Positions 51,856 to 62,693 are shown, counted from the stretch's first letter. The stretch is 64,000 nt of DNA from Spirochaetota bacterium (GCA_965208615.1 CBDBPB010000004.1:288001-352000); one strand, 5' to 3'. A program made the numbers and translations. Notes: generated by a model not told the origin, from the sequence alone.

Positions 51856-52167
51856 GATTATATACCTTTGCTATTTAGTAAAAATAGTAGAGAAAAATAC
51901 TAGATTTTTTACTATTAACTTTTTATTATATTTAGGTTTGCCCCTTTGTGAATGATAGAACCTTTGCTAAAATAACTTGTATAATAAAATAACTTCTAAA
52001 TTATAGGTGTAATATTTGAAAATAATAATTTTTAAAGTAATAATTATTATAAAAAGCTTTTTTTATAAAAGGAACTACATTTAAATGGAAAAGTCAAAAA
52101 TTAAACAAGAAAAGGCTTTTATTAGTAATTTATAATTAAGGTGTCGATAGTTTAGCGAGAGGGTTTT

Positions 52168-53025
52168 ATGCTCGATGACAATATGTTTTTAATTAGATTT
52201 TGGGGAGCTAGAGGGAGTATAGCGGCACCTGGAAAAAATACCATTAAATACGGGGGTAATACTTCATGTGTTGAAGTTCGTTGCGGCAGTAATATTATTA
52301 TTTTTGATGCTGGTACTGGCATAAGAGAACTTGGAAAACATCTTTTAAAGGATATGCCAGTAAAGGCGGATATTTTTATATCCCATGTGCATTGGGATCA
52401 TATTCAAGGTTTTCCTTTTTTTAGTCCTGCATATACTAAGGGTAATAGCTTTAATATTTATGGGCTAGAACAAATTAACATAGAAAAAGTTTTAAAAAGT
52501 CAGATGTCCAATCCTAATTTTCCTATATCTGTTGATGATATGAGTGCAAATATTGAGTTTCATAATTTGATAACTAATGACAGGGTAACATTAAACAATA
52601 TTACCATTGACTATAAACAGCTTAATCATCCAAATACCGTTATTGCATTTAAAGTTAGTTATAACGGTAAATCTATGGTTTATGCAACAGATACCGAACA
52701 TTATAATCATATTGATCCAGAGCTATATAAGCTATCAAAAGATTCTGATGTACTAATTTATGATGCTCAATATATACCCGAGGAGTATGACGGTAGAATA
52801 GGCGTATCAAAAATTGGATGGGGACACTCCACATGGAAAGCAGGAGTAAAAATTGCTAAGGCTGCCAATATAAAACAACTTGTTCTTTTTCACCATGACC
52901 CATCTCATTCTGATGCTTTTATAGACAAAATAAAAGATGAGGCACAAAAAAGCTTTCATAATACCATAGCGGCTTATGAAGGCCTTGAGATAATCCTAAT
53001 TCCAACTAATAGTAAAACAAGCTAG
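52168..53025 (+). CDS. MBL-fold metallo-hydrolase
   Basis: WGARGS, YGGNTSC, SHVHWDH, GWGHS, FHHDP. Confidence 0.9.
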   Translation: MLDDNMFLIRFWGARGSIAAPGKNTIKYGGNTSCVEVRCGSNIIIFDAGTGIRELGKHLLKDMPVKADIFISHVHWDHIQGFPFFSPAYTKGNSFNIYGLEQINIEKVLKSQMSNPNFPISVDDMSANIEFHNLITNDRVTLNNITIDYKQLNHPNTVIAFKVSYNGKSMVYATDTEHYNHIDPELYKLSKDSDVLIYDAQYIPEEYDGRIGVSKIGWGHSTWKAGVKIAKAANIKQLVLFHHDPSHSDAFIDKIKDEAQKSFHNTIAAYEGLEIILIPTNSKTS

Positions 53026-53197
53026 CCTATTTTTGAATAAAAAGCTAAACAAGCATTTTAATTTATTATTTTAATTTAATAAAAAAGGTATTATTTTTCA
53101 TATAGACTTGTTATAAAAATAAAGATTTTTTTTATTTTTATATTTAAGGGTTATTAGTTGTTATCAAGCTATTAATTTTGGTTATCATAATGAATAC

Positions 53198-53227
53198 AAA
53201 AAAAAGCGGGATTTTAAAATCCCGCTT
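53198..53227 (-). terminator. Intrinsic terminator (minus strand)
   Basis: Perfect palindrome AAGCGGGATTTTAAAATCCCGCTT running into a T8 tract on the minus strand. Confidence 0.75.
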
Positions 53228-53370
53228 ACCGATAGGCATGTCTTTTTCTCTTTACCCCAACACAACGTATTACGATAAAGAGAACAGATGTTTATTTAGA
53301 GAGGCAAACCATAAAATAATTGAGTAAAACCTAATTTGTTATAATTAACTTTACCAGCTATTTTACTTAA
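53198..53370 (-). ncRNA. Candidate small RNA (~170 nt)
   Basis: TTGACT-N17-TATTCT upstream, 18-bp hairpin with G-U pairs at 53246-53284, terminator at 3' end, no substantial ORF. Confidence 0.45.
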
Positions 53371-53375
53371 TAGAA

Positions 53376-53404
53376 AGAATAATACTGTTTATTAAGAAAG
53401 TCAA
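53376..53404 (-). promoter_or_regulatory. Putative sigma70 promoter
   Basis: Minus strand TTGACT-N17-TATTCT. Confidence 0.45.
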
Positions 53405-53536
53405 AGAGTTTTTTTTATAGCTAAATGTTGATATAATATGCCTATTATTACATTTAACTTATAATTATTCATATAATTATAATAAATATAGCCTTATGAC
53501 TAATGCTGTAGAGTAGTTTATTTTAATAAAAAAATT

Positions 53537-54814
53537 ATGTATTACTTTTTTTTTATACTGTATACTTTTTCACTATGGATAATATATCCAATATTATTAG
53601 TTATTATTTTAATCCGCTGCATAGTTGATAAAAGTAAGTTTAAGACATATTTATATAAGCTGTCTATAAAAACTCCTTTTGTTAAACAGCCCAATATATG
53701 GATACATGGTGTTTCAGCTGGTGAGATTTCATCTATTAGTCGATTGGTATACCTGTTAAAAAAGCGTTATAATATTTTTATAACTACAACCACCAGCTCT
53801 GGCATAGAGATGGCAAAAAAGTTATTTCCTAATCAATGTTTATCATACTATCCATTTGACTATACTATTTTTTGTAAAAGGCTTATAAAAAAGGTTAAGC
53901 CTAAAGCCATAATTTTCATAGAAAGCGAAATATGGCCTAATATACTTAAAACTGCCAAGTCCATGAATGTACCTACTTTTCTAATAAGCGGTCGGATGCC
54001 TGAAAAGGAATATAAAAGATATAGGATACTAAGTTCTTTTTTTAAAGAGGTTTTTAATTTATTCACTCTAATAACCATGCAGTCTGAAGAAGACTTTAAA
54101 AGGATAAAAAGCTTTGGTATAGATAAATCCAAGTTAAAAGTTATAAGGAGTTTAAAGTTTGACTTTAGGCCAAAGGAAAATATTCTTGTTAATTATAAAA
54201 ATAACGGATCACTTATTATAATAGCCTCAAGCACTCATAGACAAGAAGAGGCGTTAATTATTAAAGCTTATAAAGAATTATTAATACTATTTCCTTTTCT
54301 TAAATTATTTATTGCTCCAAGACATCCAAACAGGGCTAGAACCGTTATGAGGATAGCAAAAAGGTATAAACTAGTAACTCGGCTTAGGACTAATGTTAAC
54401 CTTGATGATAACTCCTATAACGTACTAATTATCAACACTATAGGAGAGCTTATAAGTTTTTATAAGATGTCTGATGTTGTAATATTAGGTGGAACATTTA
54501 ACAAGAAAATTGGCGGACATAATCCTATTGAACCATGTTATTTTAATAAAGCTGTTATTGTTGGTCCCTATACATATAACTTTGATTTTATTGTAAAAAA
54601 ACTAATTACTAACAAAGGCATTATACAAATTAAGGTTAATAAGAGTTTTTCTGATAAAAAGGCATACTATACAAATGAGCTTTACTACCATATAAAGAAA
54701 CTATTGAAAGACAAAGCCTTTAGAACTAAGTTATCCAATAATGGATATAATACTATACTTTATTATAGTAATTCTTCTGAAAAGAACGTTGAGCTTATAA
54801 TGCCTTACTTATAA
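53537..54814 (+). CDS. waaA: Kdo transferase
   Basis: WIHGVSAGE, ESEIWPN, STHRQEE, APRHP, TIGEL, GGHNPIEP. Confidence 0.92.
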   Translation: MYYFFFILYTFSLWIIYPILLVIILIRCIVDKSKFKTYLYKLSIKTPFVKQPNIWIHGVSAGEISSISRLVYLLKKRYNIFITTTTSSGIEMAKKLFPNQCLSYYPFDYTIFCKRLIKKVKPKAIIFIESEIWPNILKTAKSMNVPTFLISGRMPEKEYKRYRILSSFFKEVFNLFTLITMQSEEDFKRIKSFGIDKSKLKVIRSLKFDFRPKENILVNYKNNGSLIIIASSTHRQEEALIIKAYKELLILFPFLKLFIAPRHPNRARTVMRIAKRYKLVTRLRTNVNLDDNSYNVLIINTIGELISFYKMSDVVILGGTFNKKIGGHNPIEPCYFNKAVIVGPYTYNFDFIVKKLITNKGIIQIKVNKSFSDKKAYYTNELYYHIKKLLKDKAFRTKLSNNGYNTILYYSNSSEKNVELIMPYL

Positions 54815-54834
54815 TACCTAACTATATTAATATC

Positions 54835-56208
54835 CTAAAAATTAATACCCCTAGAAAAATCCCTAAGTGTATTATCCCTCGCACCCATAACCAGTATAGC
54901 TTGCTTATCAGATAATAAAGTGGGATTTCTATTTAAAAAGTTAATAATATCCTCTCTGCTATAAAAAAAATAAGCTAACTTATCCCCTTTGTTAATAGCC
55001 TCCACAATCTCCCTAGAAGATATATCCCTATCCACCGTACCACCCTGATACAATATCTCAGTAATAAATATAATATCTTTATCAGTAAGGCAATCAGTAA
55101 AAGTCTTTATATAGTCATCCCTCATAAGCCTTGTAGGAGCAAATCCATGAGGCTGGAATATAACTATAATACCCTCTCTATCAATCCTAACGCACTCTAT
55201 GGAAGCCCTAATCTTTGACGGATTATGTGCATAATCACTTATAATATCTATTCCTTTTATAGTATTAACAATGTTAAGTCGCCCTTCTACTCCCTTAAAG
55301 CCCAATATAGAGTCCTTAATTATATCCCTTTTGATATTTAAAATATCACCAACAATAATAGACGGTATACAATTTAAAATATTATGATAACCAGAAATAC
55401 TAAGCCTAAAACCGTCTTTATTAAGTGAAAAGCTGGATGAGTCCTTATTAAGAAGAATATCGCCTATAACATAATCCGCACTTTTGTCTAAGCCAAAACT
55501 AATAATATTCTTATTAGCAAAGCTATGGGCAATATTACGAGTATGCAGACAATCAGCATTTATTATAAGATAATCCTTTGTATTATTAGCAAAACTCGTA
55601 AATAAAGAATATAATTCCTCAATAGGCTTGTGATCCAGATCAATATTAGTAATAATGGATATATTAGGTATATATTTTACTAAAGTACCATCACTTTCAT
55701 CAGCCTCTATAACTATATGTTTGGTCTTTCCGCAATAAGCATTGCCTATTAAACCCATCTCACAAAAGTTTATAGCCTTCCCACCGTTTATCATCTTAGG
55801 GTCAAAGTTGCTCCTATACAGCATATAGCCAAGAAATGCACAACTAGTTGTCTTACCACTAGTACCAGATATAGCAATCCCATAACCCTTGTTGAATATA
55901 GTAGCCAGCATATCAGAACGATGAATGCAAGTAATATTAAGTTCCTTAGCCTTTTGTAAGTCAGGTATATTGCTCTCTATCGAACTGGAGTATATAACCA
56001 AATTAGTATTTTTATCAATTCCACTCCCATCCTGCTTGTGTATTTTTATGTTAATGTTTTCCAGTAAAGCCTTAAACTCTAAATCAATATTATTATCAAA
56101 AGCCCTGTCTGAACCACTAACTTCATAGTCATCCAATAAAACCTGGGCAATAGCACTCATCCCTATCCCAGCAATACCAATAAAATGAACCTTATCCTTG
56201 AATAACAT
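54835..56208 (-). CDS. murC: MurC-like Mur ligase
   Basis: GIAGIGMSAIA, SGSD, GTSGKTT, EADESD, DLDH, DYAHNP, FQPH. Confidence 0.75.
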   Translation of the reverse strand: MLFKDKVHFIGIAGIGMSAIAQVLLDDYEVSGSDRAFDNNIDLEFKALLENINIKIHKQDGSGIDKNTNLVIYSSSIESNIPDLQKAKELNITCIHRSDMLATIFNKGYGIAISGTSGKTTSCAFLGYMLYRSNFDPKMINGGKAINFCEMGLIGNAYCGKTKHIVIEADESDGTLVKYIPNISIITNIDLDHKPIEELYSLFTSFANNTKDYLIINADCLHTRNIAHSFANKNIISFGLDKSADYVIGDILLNKDSSSFSLNKDGFRLSISGYHNILNCIPSIIVGDILNIKRDIIKDSILGFKGVEGRLNIVNTIKGIDIISDYAHNPSKIRASIECVRIDREGIIVIFQPHGFAPTRLMRDDYIKTFTDCLTDKDIIFITEILYQGGTVDRDISSREIVEAINKGDKLAYFFYSREDIINFLNRNPTLLSDKQAILVMGARDNTLRDFSRGINF

Positions 56209-56255
56209 ATTATAAATAATCCGCTAAGAATAACATATTATAAATAATCCGCTAA
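56200..56255. repeat. Perfect tandem duplication, 2 x 28 bp (GAATAACATATTATAAATAATCCGCTAA)
   Basis: Units 56200-56227 and 56228-56255 span the kinase stop codon and murC start codon. Confidence 0.95.
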
Positions 56256-57202
56256 AAAGCCTTTTGACCAAAGTTATCACAAAAACGCTTATTAAATAAA
56301 TCTATACTATAACTAAAAGTTTGAGTTCCGTATTCCTCAACAGCATAGGCAGAAGAAGTAGATCCAATCTTAGCCGCATAACAAATATCATCAGATAACA
56401 AAAGTCCTTTAATTAAACCTCCACGATAAGCATCACCAGCACCAGTGGGATCCTTAACATCATAAGCCTTTACTACAGGGATATTAACCGACTTTAATTT
56501 AAAGTTATCCATAAACTGTACTATAGAACCGTATTCACCTTTTGTTGTTATAACTATTTTTGTAGCTTTTATAATGTCCTCCAAAGACATAGATGTTTTC
56601 TCCATAGTTAACTGCAATTCATAATCATTGCTTATGAATATCTTAGCCCCCTCTACAGCCTCTAATAGCTTATTCTTATTCCAGGCTGGAAGTGACTGTC
56701 CAGGATCAAAAATATAATCTATTCCTTTTTCTTTATATATTTTTGCAAACTTATGCATATCATTTAAATTACCAGGTCCAATAAGGGCAATAGTACTATT
56801 AGGCTGAATAGAAGTAAAATCAAAATCAGCACTATAATTCATCGCTCCGGGGTTAAATGTGGTAATCTGATTATCCAGCTGATCAGTGGTAATATAAGCA
56901 CCAGCCGTTAATACCTCCTCTATAATCTTAATATTATTAGTATTTATGTTATGTTTTTTCATCCACGCTTTGTAGGAGCCAAAATCACGACCAGCAGTGG
57001 CTATAATTGTAGGATTCTCTCCCAATAAAGAAAGGGTATAGGCAATATTCCCGGCAGTTCCTCCAAAGTTCTCTTTTAGGTCATTTACCATAAAAGAAAC
57101 GTTTAGAATGTGAAGTTTATGGGATAGAATATGATCTGAGAACTTACCCGGAAAATCCATAATTCTATCATAGGCAATAGAACCCGATATTAATATATCC
57201 AT
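56252..57202 (-). CDS. PfkB-family carbohydrate/nucleoside kinase
   Basis: GSIAYD, GGTAGNIA, DPGQ, NDYE, DPTGAGDAYRGG. Confidence 0.92.
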   Translation of the reverse strand: MDILISGSIAYDRIMDFPGKFSDHILSHKLHILNVSFMVNDLKENFGGTAGNIAYTLSLLGENPTIIATAGRDFGSYKAWMKKHNINTNNIKIIEEVLTAGAYITTDQLDNQITTFNPGAMNYSADFDFTSIQPNSTIALIGPGNLNDMHKFAKIYKEKGIDYIFDPGQSLPAWNKNKLLEAVEGAKIFISNDYELQLTMEKTSMSLEDIIKATKIVITTKGEYGSIVQFMDNFKLKSVNIPVVKAYDVKDPTGAGDAYRGGLIKGLLLSDDICYAAKIGSTSSAYAVEEYGTQTFSYSIDLFNKRFCDNFGQKAF

Positions 57203-57251
57203 TATCTTAATCCTTATTATTTTTTAGCTAATTTAATAATGTTAGTCTTTG

Positions 57252-58660
57252 TTACCAGCTATGTTTGCGAGTTTTTGCTTTTTTATTTAAGTAATCCCAA
57301 GCCTTTTTTAGGGGTTTATCATAATCCATGTCTATTATTGTTTCGTAGCTTAAACTATACTTCTCTTTTTTCAAATGCTTTATAACAATAGCCTTTTTTA
57401 GTGCTATACCCCGTTGTTTAATTATTTTCATAAAGTTATCCACGTCATTATCAGAAAGCTCTTTATGATTTTTAACATAATCTTTAACTAGCTTGCTTTT
57501 ATAAAGCCTTATAACATAATACTTTTCATCAATACTTAATTTTGGCTTTTGTATTTCAATATCAGGCTTAAGACCTTTTCTGTCAATAGCCCTATTCTTT
57601 GGAGTAAACCACTTCGAATGAGTAATCTTAAAACCTATAGTAGGTTTTACCTCAGATGCCATATAAGACTGTACAGAACCCTTTCCATAAGTTTTTGATC
57701 CAATTGCTATACCCCGTTTATGATCCTGAATTGCTCCCAAAAAGATCTCAGATGCAGAAGCACTATTACCATTGACCAACACAACAAGAGGAATATTAGG
57801 TAATATAGTATAGTTATTATCAGAGTATAAATGCGTTTTATATTTTTCATCTTTTTCTCTCATAGACAATATCTTTTTATCATCAGATAAAAAAAAGTTT
57901 GTTATATAAATACACTCTAATAAATCACCTCCCAGATTATTTCTTATATCAAATATCAGGCCTTTAACGGCCTTCCCCCTTAAGCTGATAAGTGCCTTTC
58001 TAACAGATTTAGAAGAATTATTACTAAAACTCCTAAGCCTAATATATCCAATATTATTTTTAAGCACCTTATACTCAACAATAATGGGCTTTATAATTTG
58101 CCTTGTAATAGTTTTGTTTATTATTTTTTTATTTTTAGCCAGTTTAATAGTCAGTTTTACCTTAGAACCTGGTTTTCCCCTTAGTTTATCCACGATTTTT
58201 TGTAGTGATAGCTTGCTTATAAAACTACCATTTACTTTTATAATACCATCCCCTGGCTTTAGTCCAGCTCTTTTAGCAGGTGAATCAGGAAATATATAGC
58301 TAATTACCAACTTATCAGTTGTTTTTGTGAAAGAAAAACCTATTCCCCCAAAATATCCCTTTAGTCCTGTATCTAATAATCTAAAGGTATTGTCATCAAG
58401 AAAGTTGGAATAAGGATCTTCAAGAGCATCAAACATCCCCTTAAGGCACCGTAGTACAGTTTTTTATCATCCACTTTGTCTATATCTACATAATTATTTT
58501 TAACAATGTTGTATGCCTCAAAAAATAACGATAAATACTTATTCTTTTTTAATGGCTCTTCTCCACGATTAATGGAACTACCACAATATCTACCACTTAA
58601 TAACAATATTATTAAACTTATAAATAAAAACCTTTGCTTATTTAATAAAACATTTTTCAT
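57252..58660 (-). pseudogene. S41A C-terminal processing peptidase split by a 1-nt frameshift near 58437-58442 (true lesion or sequencing error)
   Basis: N-terminal ORF ..NNYVD..KLYYGAL continues in another frame as MFDALEDPYS..PDZ..DIRNN..SASASEI..GKGSVQ. Confidence 0.8.
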
Positions 58661-59147
58661 AAATAGTCCCAGCTGTAGTAATAATCCTAAAATAAAGCAT
58701 AAACGGTTTTATTAACAACAACGAAAGTATATAATTCCAGTTATAAAAAGACCAATATTTATGTTATTAAAAGTTCTAATATTTTAAGTAAAAGACATTA
58801 AAATGGTTGCTAACTCCCTAAAATATACCTAAAACTTAGCTAAATTTAGAATTAAAAAAAGTTTTTTTTAAAAGCGAAAACCTTATATATCGGCTATAAA
58901 TGTTAGTATACTTTTTGATCTAAATTTGTTAGTTTTTCTTTAGTAACACTTTTTATCTAAAAAATTAAAATATTTACTAAAGTATATATCCTGTTTTTTT
59001 TTAAATTTTACTTTTCCTTTAAAATAATTTAGTTATCTTATTTATAAATATATTGATAGCTTTATAAGTGCAGTTAGCAGTCCTGTAGTAAGTTTCAACT
59101 TAAAAACTGCCAATATAATAAAATAACCTGACAATAGAGGAGGTATA

Positions 59148-59564
59148 ATGACTATATCAGTATTGCTTTTTATTATATGTTTACTAGCCGGGTTTATTGT
59201 AAGTTATAATTATCTGGCGGAAAAGTTTTCACAGTTAGATCAAATTAAAGACATTGTTAACTCAACCCGTATCTATATTGGCATTGCTGGAATAATAATT
59301 GGTTTTTGGTCCATATTAAGACAAGATATTATTTATGATTTATTCCCAGCAATATTTTCTATCGCATCAGGGTTAGTATTGGCTACAGTTGTATTTAAGT
59401 ATTTCAATTTATCTGCAGATCATGATAAATCAGAAGAAAGAAAATCAAAAATTCAAGATGCTCTTGAAAAATATAATACCTTAATCGGTTTTGGTACTTT
59501 AATATTTGCCATTGTACACCTTATTGATCTAATTGTTGCAAGTGGAGAAATTCCTTTTATATAA
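59148..59564 (+). CDS. Hypothetical 4-TM membrane protein
   Basis: AGGAGG Shine-Dalgarno; four hydrophobic segments. Confidence 0.8.
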   Translation: MTISVLLFIICLLAGFIVSYNYLAEKFSQLDQIKDIVNSTRIYIGIAGIIIGFWSILRQDIIYDLFPAIFSIASGLVLATVVFKYFNLSADHDKSEERKSKIQDALEKYNTLIGFGTLIFAIVHLIDLIVASGEIPFI

Positions 59565-59567
59565 ACA

Positions 59568-59873
59568 ATGAAAGTGACAAGGTGGAATAAGGATAAAATC
59601 CTTAATATTGTCAAGTTAGAATGTGAGTTAAAAAAAGAAGGATTAAAGCCATTTGTGTGGCAGGATGAAGCTGGTACTTATTATCCAGCCCATTCTCATT
59701 CTTATGAAGAGATAAGATGGGTCTTAAGAGGCGCTATTACTTTTGGAGTCAACGGAAAGGAAATAACTTTATATTCTGGAGACCGTATTGACTTGCCAGC
59801 AAATACTGTTCATTATGCCAAAATGTCTGACAAAGAAAAAACAGTTTATTTGTGTGCCTCAGTAAAGCAATGA
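59568..59873 (+). CDS. Cupin domain protein
   Basis: HSHSYEE..G..GD..PANTVH. Confidence 0.88.
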   Translation: MKVTRWNKDKILNIVKLECELKKEGLKPFVWQDEAGTYYPAHSHSYEEIRWVLRGAITFGVNGKEITLYSGDRIDLPANTVHYAKMSDKEKTVYLCASVKQ

Positions 59874-60562
59874 TTCTTGCTTCTATACTAGTTAATGCCA
59901 AGTTTATAGAGAGGGTTAATCGATATTTAGGCCTTGTTAATATAGATAATAAACCTATAGAGGTGTTTATCCCTAACCCTGGTAGGATGAAAGAGCTTTT
60001 ATTACCTAATACGCCTATAAAATTGAGGCCTGTTCATAATAAGAATCGTAAAACTGCTTATGACCTTGTCCTAGTTAGCCATAATAATGACTGGGTGTGT
60101 ATTGATAGTGGTATACCTAATAAGTTGTTATACGATTGTCTTATTAAAAAAGAGATTGAGGAATTTAAAAATTATACTTATATAAAAAAAGAATATCCTT
60201 ATTTAAATAGTCGCTTTGACTTTTTTTTATCGGGAAATACTAAACCTTGTTTTATTGAGGCAAAATCATGTACTCTAATGGTAAATAATGTAGCATTATT
60301 CCCTGATGCCCCTACTAAAAGGGGGTCTAAACATCTATACCATCTTGTAGATGCTTTTAAAAATGGATATAATGCTTATGTTGTAGTTATTATCCAAAGA
60401 GAGGGAGCTAAGATTTTTTCTCCTAATAGAAATACTGACCCTAACTTTGCTAATGCAATGAAGTTTGCTGTTAAAGAAGGGGTTAAGGTTATGGCATTTT
60501 CTACTAAAATTAAAGATAATGAAATAGTAATCACTAAATCTATTAGGACTCGCCTTGAATAA
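59870..60562 (+). CDS. sfsA: Sugar fermentation stimulation protein (nuclease fold)
   Basis: RVNRY, PNPGRM, SRFDF, EAKSCTL, FPDAPTKRG.KHL. Confidence 0.93.
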   Translation: MILASILVNAKFIERVNRYLGLVNIDNKPIEVFIPNPGRMKELLLPNTPIKLRPVHNKNRKTAYDLVLVSHNNDWVCIDSGIPNKLLYDCLIKKEIEEFKNYTYIKKEYPYLNSRFDFFLSGNTKPCFIEAKSCTLMVNNVALFPDAPTKRGSKHLYHLVDAFKNGYNAYVVVIIQREGAKIFSPNRNTDPNFANAMKFAVKEGVKVMAFSTKIKDNEIVITKSIRTRLE

Positions 60563-60563
60563 C

Positions 60564-62228
60564 ATGGACAAATTAAAACATTTAATTCTTATTATAGTTT
60601 ATATTGCCCTTGCTCTATGTATCACTATACTTTTTCCTTTTATAAGGATAGAGTGGATTTTTGTATTATCCATTATTCCTATAGGGATAATTACTTTTTT
60701 TTATGTTAAAGATTTTAAGCTTTTTTATTCTTTACTATCCGCCTGCTTAACAGTTTTGAGCTTCCCCGATATTGACTATTGGTTTTTGATGTTTTTTTCA
60801 TTCATCCCTATTTTTTTTATTATACCAAATACTAAATCGTATAAGTCTGCTTTATTCTTTGGAATTATAACTGGAATAACTACTTTATATGGAGGCTTTT
60901 ATTGGCTTATTCATACTCTTGAGGTCTTTGGAGGAATTAGTAAAGAATTAGCTACTCCTATTTTTATACTTTATTCAGTTTTTTTTAGTTTAAAATTCCC
61001 TCTAATATTTATTGGGCTTAGGTGGATAAATAATAATTTAAGGATTAGTAAGCTAATCACCTATCCTATTGTTATTACTATAGCTGATTTCTTAGTTATA
61101 GAATTATTCCCGTGGTATTTTGGCAGTTCTCAGTATAAAAATATTTATTTTATTCAGATTGCTGAAATAACTGGTGTTATTGGCATTACTTATCTTATTG
61201 CTTTTTTTAATACTCTTATTTATACGGTTTATTTATCGTTAAAGGAAAAGAGAGTATTACCTCGTAAAGAGATTTTTATAGGTATTGGATTATTAATTTT
61301 TATTTATGGTTTTGGCATTATACGAATAGACCAAGTAATTGAAGCTCAAAAAACTTCTAAGCCAATACGAGTTGGGTTGGTTCAGCCTAACACTCCTATG
61401 GGTAAAACTAAAGACGTAAATAAAGTATATAAGGTCATTTCGGTTAACTCTATTAACTTACTTAAAGATAAAAAATTAGATTTACTTATATGGCCTGAGT
61501 CTGCCGCATCTTTTTCTTATAGGTTTGGTGTTGGGGATAGGTTTATAAAGCTTATTGATAACCTTGCTAAAACCTATAAAACCTCTATATTCTTTGGAGA
61601 TTCAGATTATAAACGCGAAAAGGGTAAGAGAACTAAAGTTTATAATTCTGCAAGTCTCATTTTACCCGATCTATCCCTCTCAAAGCCGTACCATAAGGTT
61701 TATCCCCTTGCATTTGGAGAATATTTACCTTTAGGTGAATGGTTTCCTCAGTTATACGACTATGATATTGTAAAAAATGTTGGTAAATTCTCAAAAGGAG
61801 AATCCATTGAAATATTTGATATGAATAAGGCAAAGCTAGCACCTCAAATATGTTATGAGATTATTATTCCATCTTTTACAAGGCAGTTTATAAATAAGGG
61901 TGCTAATGTTATTGTTAACATAACTAATGATGTATGGTTTGGTAACACTAAAGCCTCAAAACAGCATCTTGTTTTAGCACTTTTTAGGGCTGTTGAAAAC
62001 CGTACTCCTATTGTTAGGTCTACTAACTCTGGTATATCTACTTTTATAAACCCTGTGGGAGAGATAGTCACAAGAGAAACTCCCTTATACACTACTGATA
62101 CATTAACTCATACCATTAGGACTGCAAATATAAAAACATTCTATACTAAATTTGGAGATATTTTTGCATATATTATTAGTGCTATGGGTCTTTTATTATT
62201 CATCTTTAAAAAATATATTAAGCATTAA
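60564..62228 (+). CDS. lnt: Apolipoprotein N-acyltransferase
   Basis: FPW, VQPN, WPES, K..FGEY, ICYE, TNDVWF, RAVENR. Confidence 0.94.
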   Translation: MDKLKHLILIIVYIALALCITILFPFIRIEWIFVLSIIPIGIITFFYVKDFKLFYSLLSACLTVLSFPDIDYWFLMFFSFIPIFFIIPNTKSYKSALFFGIITGITTLYGGFYWLIHTLEVFGGISKELATPIFILYSVFFSLKFPLIFIGLRWINNNLRISKLITYPIVITIADFLVIELFPWYFGSSQYKNIYFIQIAEITGVIGITYLIAFFNTLIYTVYLSLKEKRVLPRKEIFIGIGLLIFIYGFGIIRIDQVIEAQKTSKPIRVGLVQPNTPMGKTKDVNKVYKVISVNSINLLKDKKLDLLIWPESAASFSYRFGVGDRFIKLIDNLAKTYKTSIFFGDSDYKREKGKRTKVYNSASLILPDLSLSKPYHKVYPLAFGEYLPLGEWFPQLYDYDIVKNVGKFSKGESIEIFDMNKAKLAPQICYEIIIPSFTRQFINKGANVIVNITNDVWFGNTKASKQHLVLALFRAVENRTPIVRSTNSGISTFINPVGEIVTRETPLYTTDTLTHTIRTANIKTFYTKFGDIFAYIISAMGLLLFIFKKYIKH

Positions 62229-62375
62229 GTTTTATAACTGCCTTTTTTTATCATATAATTGTATTTCGCATGATGAACCTAGTAGTTTTAATGCCCTTAT
62301 ATACAATTTGTTAGTTGAGGCAAAGGATATGAGTGTTAAATTAGTTAAGAGATTTTTTTTAAAACGATCTTACAA

Positions 62376-62412
62376 TTGGCTATCATAAAAGGGGTATGAT
62401 AGCCAAGTTTTT
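62376..62412 (+). terminator. Intrinsic terminator-like hairpin
   Basis: 12-bp stem TTGGCTATCATA / TATGATAGCCAA, 7-nt loop, then GTTTTT. Confidence 0.65.
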
Positions 62413-62466
62413 GTTATTTTTACAATATTTCAGCTATTGGTCTTGGAACCCTAAGGAGATAGAATT

Positions 62467-62682
62467 ATGTTTATCAAAATGTTTGACGGTTCAAGCGTAA
62501 AAGAGGTTGAAAGCAAGGTTAACGATTATTTAGAAAAAAGTATGCCTGATGATCATGATTTCTATCACCTTGTTCAAACTGAAGGTTTAACTGAGTTAGA
62601 AGGGCAATTAGAGCGTAGGATCACTATAACATTAATTTTTACAAATAAATTTTATGATTTTACAGAAGAAAATGATATTTAA
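62467..62682 (+). CDS. Small hypothetical protein (weak Cse60/DUF2758-like pattern)
   Basis: AAGGAG Shine-Dalgarno; IKMF..EVESKVNDYL. Confidence 0.7.
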   Translation: MFIKMFDGSSVKEVESKVNDYLEKSMPDDHDFYHLVQTEGLTELEGQLERRITITLIFTNKFYDFTEENDI

Positions 62683-62693
62683 AGGGATAAGGT

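Noticed and set aside
53300-53335. c-di-GMP-I riboswitch (GGCAAACC)
   Set aside because: No GNRA tetraloop, second GCAAA or P2 stem follows
59067-59110. Nested hairpin upstream of the 4-TM gene
   Set aside because: Short AT-rich stems, plausible by chance
62260-62300. Fluoride riboswitch (TGATGAACCTA resembles its 3' end)
   Set aside because: The 5' GATGGxGTTC element is missing and no crcB-type gene follows
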